From the NCBI GenBank assembly GCA_030141605.1, contig JAQGDQ010000337.1, positions 193,693 to 257,692 on the forward strand: DNA of 64,000 nt, read 5' to 3'. Each line of letters opens with the position of its first letter. Position 1 is the stretch's first letter. This document shows, in pieces, positions 52,612-64,000 of this stretch. The translations under genes and the position numbers were made by a program. The notes under the pieces are model-generated. The model searched no databases. It worked only from the letters and a program-made list of their open reading frames with translations, and had not been told where the DNA came from. Source of the DNA: Tubiluchus corallicola (lineage: Eukaryota; Animalia; Priapulida).

Positions 52612-53398
52612 CATGGGCGCTGGCAGGCGGATGCACGTGCGTCCCCAGAATTTCTTTAAAAAAAATTTTAAGGCTAAATAAAGTTTTTAGCAGTAAACCA
52701 AGACACACATCAACCCTTTGTTTGCGCAATCCCCGAGCACTCGGCTGATTTGCAGAGTGAAGTTATGTTTATGTGTATCACTTAGTCTCGATTCTCTTAT
52801 CTATTTATGTTGTCTAGACAGTTTTTAGCCAACTGTAACTGCACTTCTGCATTTGGGGGTGGACCTAAGGGGCCTGGGTCCTCCTTTCATGTTAGTAGTG
52901 AAATTATGAGTCATGAATTTGAGGTGAATTTGCCTGAGGAAATAGCTTCTAGCAACTGCAATAAATGGTCTATAATGCAGTAAAATTGCATTTAGCCGAG
53001 TCCAGTGGGAAAAAATAGGATGCCTGCAAACATATTAAATTTTGTATGAACAGTGGGTGGGCTGTAAACTTAAGTCTCAAATCAGTTTTATGTTTCACTA
53101 TCCACATTTTGCTGGATAGATAATCTTGAGTAATGAGTCATCCGCATTGCAGTGCATTACGGACTTGCTTTTAAGATATACGACTACTACAATAGAATAC
53201 AATGAATATTACCAAGGTAAATGAAGGTAAAATATATTTATTAAGGCAGAATTTTTCACGTATGAGGAAGTCTATGTACCAGAATTTAGATCTCATTTAG
53301 GTCTCCAAAATGTCCTTAAATATCGGGAAAAGCGTTGGTGGCCCCAGTATCCCCAGCTGCTTGTGTGTCCAATTTTTTAATCTCTGGCAGCACCCATG
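52612..53398. mobile_element. hAT-like MITE
   Basis: CATGGGCGCTGGCAG/CTGGCAGCACCCATG ends; perfect TSD TTAATAAC. Confidence 0.85.
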
Positions 53399-53459
53399 TT
53401 AATAACATAATACAAATCAATAGATAAATAACTATACTAATTCATAGGTACATAACCGT

Positions 53460-53769
53460 TAGGGGTGAGCATTCTGTGACTTTGGAATTCGAATTGAACC
53501 GAACTTCAGTGTTTCGAATTCGGACCGACAAAGATCATGCATATCACTAGATTTTGTTCTGCAATAAAATGACTACTAACTTCTTCAAAATTGTGTGCAG
53601 AAATCACAGCTAAATTATGCTAATTGCATGATGTTTCAATCGTTTTAGTGATAAAGAACATGTGTGATTGAAGTGCTGAATTATTCGAATCTATAGTTTT
53701 GGATTCCAATAGAGTTCGAACTAAAAAAACTCGTTCAAATCGAATTCGAGCGTTCGATGCTCACCCCTA
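53460..53769. mobile_element. hAT MITE family B
   Basis: TIR TAGGGGTGAGCAT/ATGCTCACCCCTA; perfect 8-bp TSD ATAACCGT. Confidence 0.92.
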
Positions 53770-54300
53770 ATAACCGTAGAAAATTCTGGAATGTCTGAGC
53801 AAATCAATACATATAAAAATCAATAATACAAGTGCAATTCTTCATCGCATTTCCTTGATCACATATAGATCATTGAAAACAAACTGCTTGAGAGAACAAA
53901 AACTGTGCAGCCTAATAATACAAGCATGCAAGATTTCAAAAGTTTCATTATGAAAATAATAAAATAATTTCTCCAAAATACTGCAAGAAGAACAACATAA
54001 ATGCCATCAAGAAAAAATAAAACTAAGATTCCAACGAATGACAGCGTATGACTGTAAAATTATAAATCACACTTTTGTTTTTCGTGCAGTTTTATCACAC
54101 ATTTTCCTTTCTAAAGTCTCTGATTTTGAACAAAAAAATTCTTTTTACATTTAAATTGGTCCTTCGGTGTTAACAATCTTGTTAATGCAAAGCATTAAAA
54201 TTCAAAAAACATAATAATATATTAAAAATAGTAAAAATTTAAAATAAGTTAACATGATTAAACTTCTAGAAACGTTCAACAGTTTGATCACATTTTCATA

Positions 54301-54442
54301 TCAAAGAACTGACTTCTTGGCTTGTTCACGTAAAAACTCCTGACAAGTGCAGAATTTTTGCAAATAAGGGAAATCTTTTGCTATGCACTTTGGCTGATCT
54401 CCATATTCATCTGGTCTGCTGACTTCTGCTGTAACTTCAAAC
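54301..54442 (-). CDS. DUF229-family protein, last exon
   Basis: FEVTAEVSRPDEYGDQPKCIAKDFPYLQKFCTC...TGA, the family-typical C-terminus. Confidence 0.88.
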
Positions 54443-54476
54443 CTGAAATGGGTAATAAATAATAACAATCGAGCAA

Positions 54477-54841
54477 TAGGGGTGAGCATCCGCTACCAGA
54501 AAGCGAATTCGAATCGAATCGAATTTGTGACTTTCGAATTTGAATCGAACCGAATTTCAGTACTTCGAATCCGAATCGAATTCGAATTGAGTTTGAAAGA
54601 TTTTCGAACCACTAGTAAAAAGTGGTCTTGCAAAGATCATGCATATTACTTGAATTTGTTCTGCAGTAAAACTGCCATTAGTTTGTTAAAAGTTTTGCAC
54701 AGAAACTGCAGCTAAATTGTGCTAAGTGCATACTTTTTCAAACATTTTAATGATAAAGAACGTGTGTGGCTGGAGTGCTGAATTTTTCGAATCCATAATT
54801 TTAGATTCGAATCGAATTCGAACGTTCGATGCTCACCCTTA
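54477..54841. mobile_element. hAT MITE family B
   Basis: TIR TAGGGGTGAGCATC/GATGCTCACCCTTA; TSD TCGAGCAA/TCAAGCAA. Confidence 0.9.
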
Positions 54842-55280
54842 TCAAGCAATGGCTAAATACACCATAATTGTACTAATCATAACACAAGTCTCGCCAGTAA
54901 CTTACTACGTTTGAGCATACAACTGTGGCCTTTACCTGTTGACGATATTCAATTGGCATAACCATCAGAGTTCATCACCTGTTTGTTCAAAGGTCAAAGA
55001 CACTAATTCCACAAAATGTACAAGTTATTTAGATGCCAGTAATTAGTGGCAGCAAGATGAATATTGAAACAGCTTTTAGTCGGTTGAAAACATTTACCAC
55101 GAGGACAATTTTTAACTAGAAATTATGCACATGTTTACAGCATTTAGAACTCGCTATGCAAATTATGTTGCTAATGCTCACAGATGCCAGGAACAAAAAT
55201 TTCAGTTAGCCATAACTGATGATCATCAAGAATTTTATACAATCTAAAGTAATTTGAAAAATGATGTAAAATATGATTAC

Positions 55281-55351
55281 CTATTTCGTTTAGTGAAATA
55301 TTTCACTGTTGCTTCATATAATGCTTCATTGGGTTTAGTTTGTATCGTAAC
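55281..55351 (-). CDS. DUF229-family protein, internal exon
   Basis: VTIQTKPNEALYEATVKY, the typical T-x-P...YEAT segment; ends in phase 2. Confidence 0.85.
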
Positions 55352-55916
55352 CTGTCACCAAAAAGTTGAAAAAATTAGGATCGTCATACAATAGATTTTG
55401 CCCATTCAATAATGATTTAGTTAGTTCTAGTTTAGGCTTTGTCTAAACTATGCTGATTGTTGTGCTGACATAGCGTATAGTACAATGCATGTGGTGCCAT
55501 CTGTTGAAAGAAAAGTGTTAAAAGCTGGAGATAAGTGATAAGTACTTATGAATTTGTTGAGAACAACAAAAGTGACATCAGGTACATTATTGAACTTGAA
55601 AAAGTATAATAGAAGGCAAATGTTATTTTCTACACAATGTAAACAATACGTTACAAAATCTAATATGCGGTGAATAAATTAAACTCATTTCTTATATATG
55701 TAACCAAAGAATGCACAAGACTAAAATCTGTTTAGCTTAACACCTCTGTGCAAAGTTAAGCAACAATAGCAACAAATGTAAGACAATACACCAAAGACAA
55801 AGTATTTTTTATGCCCAGTGCAACACTGCTAGTCAATAAATTCAGTAAGACAGGCGCAATTCTGGCATATTGCATGGAAGGTATGCAATTCTCAACAAGT
55901 CGCATGAATAAAATAC

Positions 55917-56003
55917 CTGAAATTCCAGCATATCGATGTTTATTTTTCTCGTGAAATTTGCTATCCTGTGATCATCATCAAAACTGTTAAAATATTTTAA
56001 CAC
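55917..56003 (-). CDS. DUF229-family protein, internal exon
   Basis: VLKYFNSFDDDHRIANFTRKINIDMLEFQ; 87 nt, AG/GT, phase 0. Confidence 0.82.
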
Positions 56004-56106
56004 CTGAAACACACAGAAACATGATTATTACTCAGCACAAGCGGTTACATTTGTAATTAAAACAAGCTAAAAATGTCCATTGAAATCAGAAATAAATGTT
56101 AGTGTC

Positions 56107-56200
56107 ATTTGTCCAAAAACAATTACTTTCAATTATTTGTCCAAAAACAATTAGTTTCAATTATTTGTCCAAAAACAATTAGTTTCAATTATTTGTCTAA
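56107..56200. repeat. Short tandem repeat of about 28 bp, 3-4 copies
   Basis: ATTTGTCCAAAAACAATTAGTTTCAATT. Confidence 0.88.
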
Positions 56201-56617
56201 AAGAAAGACCTCCTGATTTTTCGCCAACCGCCTCAATGTAGTGTTTATCATCTTAAAGAAATGAGACGAATAAAATCTAATCTCATCCAATCTTATCTTT
56301 CATATGAAGATCGATGAGATTAAGCAATTAAAAACTTATAAAGCAAACCAGTTTGACTTTTATTACTGTCATTATAACTTTATTATTATTATAATTATTA
56401 TTAATGTTTGCAAAGAAAAACATAATGCCCTTTACAGTCTCAAAGAGTATAATATTTATTCAGTAACTTTCGCCTTATCGCGGGTATCATCAGCTGAAAG
56501 TAACAGATCAAATGTTAAAACTGTATTCAGCTAATGTGACACGCTAGGATGAAAGCTGTTTAATATATATTATAATCTTTGAGACCGTAATGGGCATTAC
56601 ATTTCTCTCTGCTATTG

Positions 56618-57016
<399 letters not shown>

Positions 57017-57222
57017 AGTAATCCATTATTGCACGCTACACGCTCATACAAAGTGGTAGTCTAGCCTTCAGAATGGGAATAATACATACATCTATATGTG
57101 GAGCATGGCACAATAATTAGTCAACACAAAATTTAGGCATTTCGCCGCATTTGGCCTCAAGACTAAGAAAACTAAAAAAAACTCACTTTGTTGCGTGAAC
57201 CATTTTAAGGAACTATACAAAC

Positions 57223-58175
57223 CTGTTCATTTGGTATCACAAGCTGAGCTTCTATCACATTTTTTAAACTAAGACTGACACATTTATCACGGTGTGCTTT
57301 GGTCATGTTGTTAATATACTCGACAACGCTCTTTGCTGCCCTGTGGATCATTTCTGAGTTTTTATCAAGATCGTATAACTCTAAACAAGTGCACCAGTGT
57401 GTTTCAATACCAGCATCAGCACAGCTACGATCGTAGGGAATCCTTCTGAACCAGCTTATGCCGCGTGACTGCTTCACCGATTTATTTATGTCGTTTAACA
57501 CTTGCGTCACGTTCAGCAGATCTTTCAGTGTTTCGTACACATCAAACGGAGAAGTTAGGCGGTCAGAATTTTCGCGCAGCATTTGAATGAGATCGTGCTG
57601 ATATTCCCGCCATTGTCGTGGAGGAATGATGTAAGCTAGTGGAAGACGCTCTTCCATTTTACCCTGCACGCGGACGCGGGCTTTCGAATAACGTAGACCG
57701 TGATCTGCGAGCAGCAGTATAACAGTATTCTCCAAATGTTGAGCAAGTCTCATATCCTGGAGGAACGAGGCGAGATCCTCATCCAAATATTCTACCGTAT
57801 TAACGTCACTATGAGATAATTCGGAATGAAAGACAAAGGCAAACTTGGGAACAGAGGGATATTTGTGAAAAAAATCGAATGCATACTCCAGCGTATATAG
57901 ATGTTTTGCTTTAGGGCCCAGACAAAAGCGTTTACTTCGCTTGTTGAGTTCCGAATCCCATACGGCCTGCCAGAACGGTCGCATGTAATGACGGGCTGGA
58001 GGTTCGTGAAAACCATTCAGCCTCAAATTGAAAGTAGCGAGGGTAGGTTCATCTTCGGCAAACATGGTGACAAAACCGCGCGACTCAAAATCGAAAAATA
58101 ACAGCGGGTATTCGTCCACATAACCTGCATCAGGGAAGCTCTTCCTAACCTCTGGCAATTCTTCAACCATTTTAC
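57223..58175 (-). CDS. DUF229-family protein, catalytic-core exon
   Basis: ELPE, FAED, FNLRLNGF, HYMRPF, ELSH, ADHG, EERLP, RLTSPFDVYETL, RSCADAGIETHWCTC. Confidence 0.93.
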
Positions 58176-58301
58176 CTATAAAAATACAAGAATGTTGTTA
58201 CTTTATTGACTAACATCACCGACTCGAAAGTGGAAACATACCTAATTTTTCAAAGTAACAAATATCACCGGAATAAATAATTAATAAATAGCTCAAATTT
58301 A

Positions 58302-58513
58302 TCTCTAATTCAAGCAATTTCAATAAGAGTGCTTCTCTAATTCAAGCAATTTCAATAAGAGTGCTTCTTCAATTCAAGCAATTTCAATAAGAGTGCTTCT
58401 TCAATTCAAGCAATTTCAATAAGAGTGCTTCTTCAATTCAAGCAATTTCAATAAGAGTGCTTCTTCAATTCAAGCAATTTCAATAAGAGTGCTTTTTCAA
58501 TTCAAGCAATTTC
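58302..58513. repeat. 32-bp minisatellite, about 6.5 copies
   Basis: AATTCAAGCAATTTCAATAAGAGTGCTTCTTC. Confidence 0.95.
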
Positions 58514-58677
58514 ACAATAAACTCTTCTTCCAAAACGGCTTGCAGTCATCAAAATGTTGAAACAAAAATGTGAAAGTGGCACACAAATTGAACAACAAAT
58601 CCAACGTGAAAAAAGTGCCAATAAGATTAATTGCCTGAGTAAAATAAAACGTAGGAAAAGTTGAGAATAATTTAATA

Positions 58678-59177
58678 CAGGGGTGTGCAAATTGTGGTGC
58701 GCGGGCTACTTGCGGTCCGCTGAGAGAATTTGTACGGCCCGCGAAGAGATTTGTCAACCTAATGAAAGTGCGACCCGGGCGATTAATTGGGTGTATCCAG
58801 CTGAAGTCTGTGCCACGATCCCAAAGATAGTGCGGGTAGTTTTTTCTACTAGATCGGATGCCATTGACCCTTACAAGACGGTTGTAGCTTAATAACACTG
58901 TACTACACAGACTGTGTGATACACATTACTAATATACATTGTAATGAAATTACCACTATCTGTCCTGAAAGTAGAAATATATGGTTTGTAATATAAATTT
59001 TAATAACTTCTAAAATAGTTTCTTGAGTGTAGTAGTAATGGTGTACGCAGGTCGGATGCAAAAAAATCGTTATTAGATCTTTCTGTACTTGGCTCCTTGA
59101 TCTAACTGCATGTGGCCCGCAGGAATAGCAGGAAAGTTTAATGTGGCCCGGCTAGTCAGATAATTTGCACACCCCTG
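58678..59177. mobile_element. hAT-Charlie MITE family D (500 bp)
   Basis: Same element as 46302-46801; perfect TSD ATTTAATA. Confidence 0.93.
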
Positions 59178-59272
59178 ATTTAATACAAAGTACTGGTGAG
59201 CTCAGTACAAATATACACTGAACTAGGATTAATTCACGGACACTTTTTAAATAAAATCAAACATGTGCTCAC

Positions 59273-60435
59273 CAGTGAGCATGGCCGTGACCTGAGGCGT
59301 CGTTCCATCGCCAATTATATTGTACCCATTCATATTCACAGCGCCAAGATCCCACAACATGTTTCCCGTTTTCGGCATTTTACGTTTGAAAGACATGGCT
59401 GACATAGATTCTATGACAAACACCAGAACGTTTACTGCGTTTTGATCATGTTGAGTCTCTTTCGATTCCTCGGTGGTTTCAGGTTTTGGATAAACTTGGA
59501 CGACAAATTGATCAAAATCAGCCAAAGACTCGTCATAATCTGGAAAGTCAGAATAATCGAAGCCCATAATATTATCAGTTACTGTATGCTCGCTGCCGTC
59601 ATTCTGGCTTTCACCATGATGTGGCCGGTTCAAATCACCAGTATTCCCATGCAGAGAAATGCTAGAAGGAAAGAATTCTTCTTCTGTTTTACCGTCTTTC
59701 CGAGATTCTGCAGAAACTTCATAGCTTTCTACTGCTGAGTTTTCGGGTTTCACGTTATTGCTAACGAAATTATCATTAATCGAGTGAACAGTATGACCAT
59801 CATGACGAAACTTCACTTTGCTAAAATGTGACTGAGAGTCATTCGCAACTGACACATCATTGTTTGAAGGATTCTGATTGTTCAAATAAATTGTCTCTTT
59901 TTGATAAACATTTTTGTGAGCACCAAAACTACCGCGATCTTCAAAATTACTTTTAGACTGCACATATTTAAGCTGACGATTGTGATACACACCTGTACCA
60001 AGTTCTTCTTTTTCATCAGACTTCAAGAAACACAATATTCGAAAAAAATCATGTTTTACATTCACTTCAAATGGTTTATTTGTTATTTCCAAAGGCTCCG
60101 AATATCTATAATAGTCATCACTAATACGCTCTACTGCTAAGTACACACATCTATCTAATTCTCGCCCAGCTAACAATCTCTTATCCAACTTCAGCTGTTT
60201 GCCGTCTCCAAAAGGCACATCTACGGCTTTCATAAGTTCTTCTCCTTCACATTTCAATGGTTCTGGAGAGTAAAAGAGATCTTTTATTGCTTCGTTATAC
60301 AAGTCAAGTTTTGGTCGCCTGCAAACTGTGCTGTTCTTCCCTACCGTTCCTTGTACAGCTTGCAAGATTTTCGAGAAAATGGTGTCCTGCGCCTTGTTTA
60401 CTGCATGTCTTACACCATCTCTCATCTCTGCAAAC
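59273..60435 (-). CDS. DUF229-family (alkaline phosphatase/sulfatase-like) protein, first exon seen
   Basis: CRRPKLD...PLKC, DFFRILC, NVLVFVIESMSAMSFKRKMPKT, GYNIIGDGT. Acceptor just before 60435, in-frame ATG at 60425, donor G|GTGAGC. An upstream exon with a signal anchor may exist but was not located. Confidence 0.88.
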
Positions 60436-60969
60436 CTGACGATCAAAAAGTGATATTAGAAATGATGAAAAACTACAGGTAATGTGAATTTCTTTATGTC
60501 ATTGCAATTGCCACTTAGGATTTGCCATCTTTAGTGCAGTTGATCTTTATAGTCTGTTGAACCACCTTGCTATTTTTCTATACACTAATTTGTAGTGAAG
60601 CAGTACAATGAATAAACTGGAAAGGGACTCGAGAGAGGCATTGTTTACACGGCATTGTAGTAGATGTAGTAATATCAACATACTTCACTAAATGTGCTTC
60701 ATATTACAGCTGCTGATATATTTTTAAGTATTTAAGCTATTTAGTATGCATACTATGCCGATATGCACAAAGTCATCTCTAAAGTACTGTTTTTAGGCTA
60801 AGCAAATTTTCTAGTTTGCCATTTTGTCACAATTTTCAGCTTATTGTTATTATCTTAAATCAAAATAACTATTAACAGATTTAATAACAGTCAGTTTTAA
60901 AATTTAATTAAATTTAAAGGCAGAAAAAGTTCTCCTATCCCACTAAATACATTGGGAACGAAAGGGCTA

Positions 60970-63418
60970 AAGTTAATTGAGGAACTCAAGGTATTAACAC
61001 CTAAGCACCAATCCTTTACTTTCTCTTCTTTTGGCTAAATTTGTTTGATAAAGTTTCAATAATAGTGGGCTTACTGCATTGTAATATGACACCAGCTCCA
61101 TAGTATGATAAGCAGCAAAATTCTGGTAATACACAAGCTGGCCCAAAAAACTTTACGTGGTACAATAATAGGACACCCATTCCGGTAATACACAGGCTGG
61201 CACCACAAATTTTACATGGTTCAATAATAGGACACATATTCGGGTAATACACAGACCGGCACTACAAAGTTTACGTGGTAGAATAATAGAACACCCATTC
61301 TGGTAATACACAGACCAGCACTACAAACTTTACGTGGTAGAATAATAGAACACCCATTCTGGTAATACAAAGACCGGCACTACAAAGTTTACATGGTAGA
61401 ATAATAGAACACCCATTCTGGTAATACAAAGACCGGCACTACAAAGTTTATGTGGTAGAATAATAGAACACCCATTCTGGTAATACAGAGACCGGACTAC
61501 AAACTTTACGTGGTCAATAATAAGACACCCATTCGGGTAATACCCAGACTGGCACCACAAACTTTACGTGGTAGAATAATAGAACACCCATTCTGGTAAT
61601 ACAAAGACCGGCACTACAAAGTTTACGTGGTAGAATAATAGAACACCCATTCTGGTAATACACAGACCGGCACTACAAAGTTTATGTGGTAGAATAATAA
61701 AACACCGATTCTGGTAATATACAGACCAGCACTACAAAGTTTATGTGGTGAATAATAGAACACCCATTCTGGTAATACACAGACCAGCACTACAAACTTT
61801 ACGTGGTAGAATAATAGAACTCCCATTCTGGTAATACAAAGACCGGCACTACAAAGTTTACGTGGTAGAATAATAGAACACCCATTCTGGTAATACAAAG
61901 ACCGGCACTATAAAGTTTATGTGGTAGAATAATAGAACACCCATTCTGGTAATACAAAGACCGGCACTACAAAGTTTATGTGCTAGAATAATAGAACACC
62001 CATTCTGGTAATACACAGACCGGACTACAAACTTTACGTGGTCAATAATAAGACACCCATTCGGGTAATACAAAGGCCGGCACTACAAACTTTACATGGT
62101 AGAATAACAGGATTTTTTATAAATTTAAAATATAAACGATGGACTTATGGACTTTACAAGAGACGCAAAGCATTAAGTTTTCATTGCTGATATGAAGTTA
62201 ATTGAGGAACTCAAGGTATTAACACCTAAGCACCAATCCTTTACTTTCTCTTCTTTTGGCTAAATTTGTTTGATAAAGTTTCAATAATAGTGGGCTTACT
62301 GCATTGTAATATGACACCAGCTCCATAGTATGATAAGCAGCAAAATTCTGGTAATACACAAGCTGGCCCAAAAAACTTTACGTGGTACAATAATAGGACA
62401 CCCATTCCGGTAATACACAGGCTGGCACCACAAATTTTACATGGTTCAATAATAGGACACATATTCGGGTAATACACAGACCGGCACTACAAAGTTTACG
62501 TGGTAGAATAATAGAACACCCATTCTGGTAATACACAGACCAGCACTACAAACTTTACGTGGTAGAATAATAGAACACCCATTCTGGTAATACAAAGACC
62601 GGCACTACAAAGTTTACATAGTAGAATAATAGAACACCCATTCTGGTAATACAAAGACCGGCACTACAAAGTTTATGTGGTAGAATAATAGAACACCCAT
62701 TCTGGTAATACAGAGACCGGACTACAAACTTTACGTGGTCAATAATAAGACACCCATTCGGGTAATACCCAGACTGGCACCACAAACTTTACGTGGTAGA
62801 ATAATAGAACACCCATTCTGGTAATACAAAGACCGGCACTACAAAGTTTACGTGGTAGAATAATAGAACACCCATTCTGGTAATACACAGACCGGCACTA
62901 CAAAGTTTATGTGGTAGAATAATAAAACACCGATTCTGGTAATATACAGACCAGCACTACAAAGTTTATGTGGTGAATAATAGAACACCCATTCTGGTAA
63001 TACACAGACCAGCACTACAAACTTTACGTGGTAGAATAAGAGAACTCCCATTCTGGTAATACAAAGACCGGCACTACAAAGTTTACGTGGTAGAATAATA
63101 GAACACCCATTCTGGTAATACAAAGACCGGCACTATAAAGTTTATGTGGTAGAATAATAGAACACCCATTCTGGTAATACAAAGACCGGCACTACAAAGT
63201 TTATGTGCTAGAATAATAGAACACCCATTCTGGTAATACACAGACCGGACTACAAACTTTACGTGGTCAATAATAAGACACCCATTCGGGTAATACAAAG
63301 GCCGGCACTACAAACTTTACATGGTAGAATAACAGGATTTTTTATAAATTTAAAATATAAACGATGGACTTATGGACTTTACAAGAGACGCAAAGCATTA
63401 AGTTTTCATTGCTGATAT
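60970..63418. repeat. Tandem duplication with a 1225-bp period; each copy holds a 59-bp minisatellite of about 17 units
   Basis: 60970-62193 matches 62195-63418 (ORF track offset exactly 1225); unit GTGGTAGAATAATAGAACACCCATTCTGGTAATACAAAGACCGGCACTACAAAGTTTAC. Confidence 0.97.
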
Positions 63419-63745
63419 CATTAGCTTGTATGGAATGTTGCATCTTCTATGTTTCAAATACAAGGTCAAATTTTTCCAAAAAAATGCCCATAGTAAGAAT
63501 TATTATTAACAACAGTAGTAGCAGCAGCAGAGTGGTTTATTGAATTGGTTTGGTCTGGTTGGTTTGTTAAATTATTCCAAAAGGTACAATATGCAAATTT
63601 AGCATAACACAATGCAAAGCTAGTAAAATTGCTACTAATTAAATTATAATTTTTTAAATAACCTACTAATAAATTAAACTGTTAATGCAATGCAGGAAGA
63701 GCAATCCTAAGGGTACGCTTTCCCAAATACAAGCAACCACACCAA

Positions 63746-64000
63746 CAGTCCGACTCCAAATCTGCTGTGAATACAGCAGAGCCTAGACACAAAGCCTAAA
63801 GCAAGACAGTCCAAATCTGCTGTGAATACATCAGAGCCTAGACACAAAGCCTAAAGCAAGACAGTCCGAGTCCAAATCTGTTGTGAATACATCAGAGCCT
63901 AGACACAAAGCCTAAAGCAAGACAGTCCGAGTCCAAATCTGCTGTGAATACATCAGAGTCTAGACACAAAGCCTAAAGCAAGACAGTCCGAGTCCAAATC
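63746..64000. repeat. 61-bp minisatellite running off the window end
   Basis: GTCCGAGTCCAAATCTGCTGTGAATACATCAGAGCCTAGACACAAAGCCTAAAGCAAGACA. Confidence 0.95.

Noticed and set aside
58512-58898. 128-aa ORF and opposite-strand ORF as a possible transposase
   Set aside because: Lies over a 500-bp non-autonomous MITE with no transposase motifs; the frame is not kept in the second copy.
61016-63298. Repeated ORFs such as MYYQNG and MYYPN
   Set aside because: Products of a 59-bp unit (not a multiple of 3) cycling through frames; no protein similarity recognised.

Overview
AT-rich, intron-rich animal genomic DNA, probably a lophotrochozoan invertebrate (inferred from the muscleblind N-terminus, TTAGGG-like remnants, CTCF-like motifs and repeat types). 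Three genes are supported. (1) The 5' end of muscleblind (minus strand): start-codon exon 5980-6458, candidate non-coding exons near 18.2 and 23.0 kb, and the rest of the gene to the left of the window. (2) A complete 10-coding-exon NOA1 mitochondrial circularly permuted GTPase (plus, 33658-48496, 776 aa as spliced by hand). (3) A 5-exon DUF229 alkaline-phosphatase-superfamily gene (minus, 54301-60435) convergent with NOA1. Introns and intergenic DNA hold many hAT and Tc1/mariner MITEs (several with clear target-site duplications), CR1-like LINE fragments, tRNA- and 5S-derived SINE-like remnants, minisatellites and a 1.2-kb near-perfect tandem duplication. The most interesting signal is a possible muscleblind autoregulatory / circular-RNA system: the start-codon exon is the kind that forms circMbl in flies and humans, and it is surrounded by strand-biased YGCY clusters, including a 33-bp minisatellite carrying YGCY in most units. 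All counts and splice models were made by eye.
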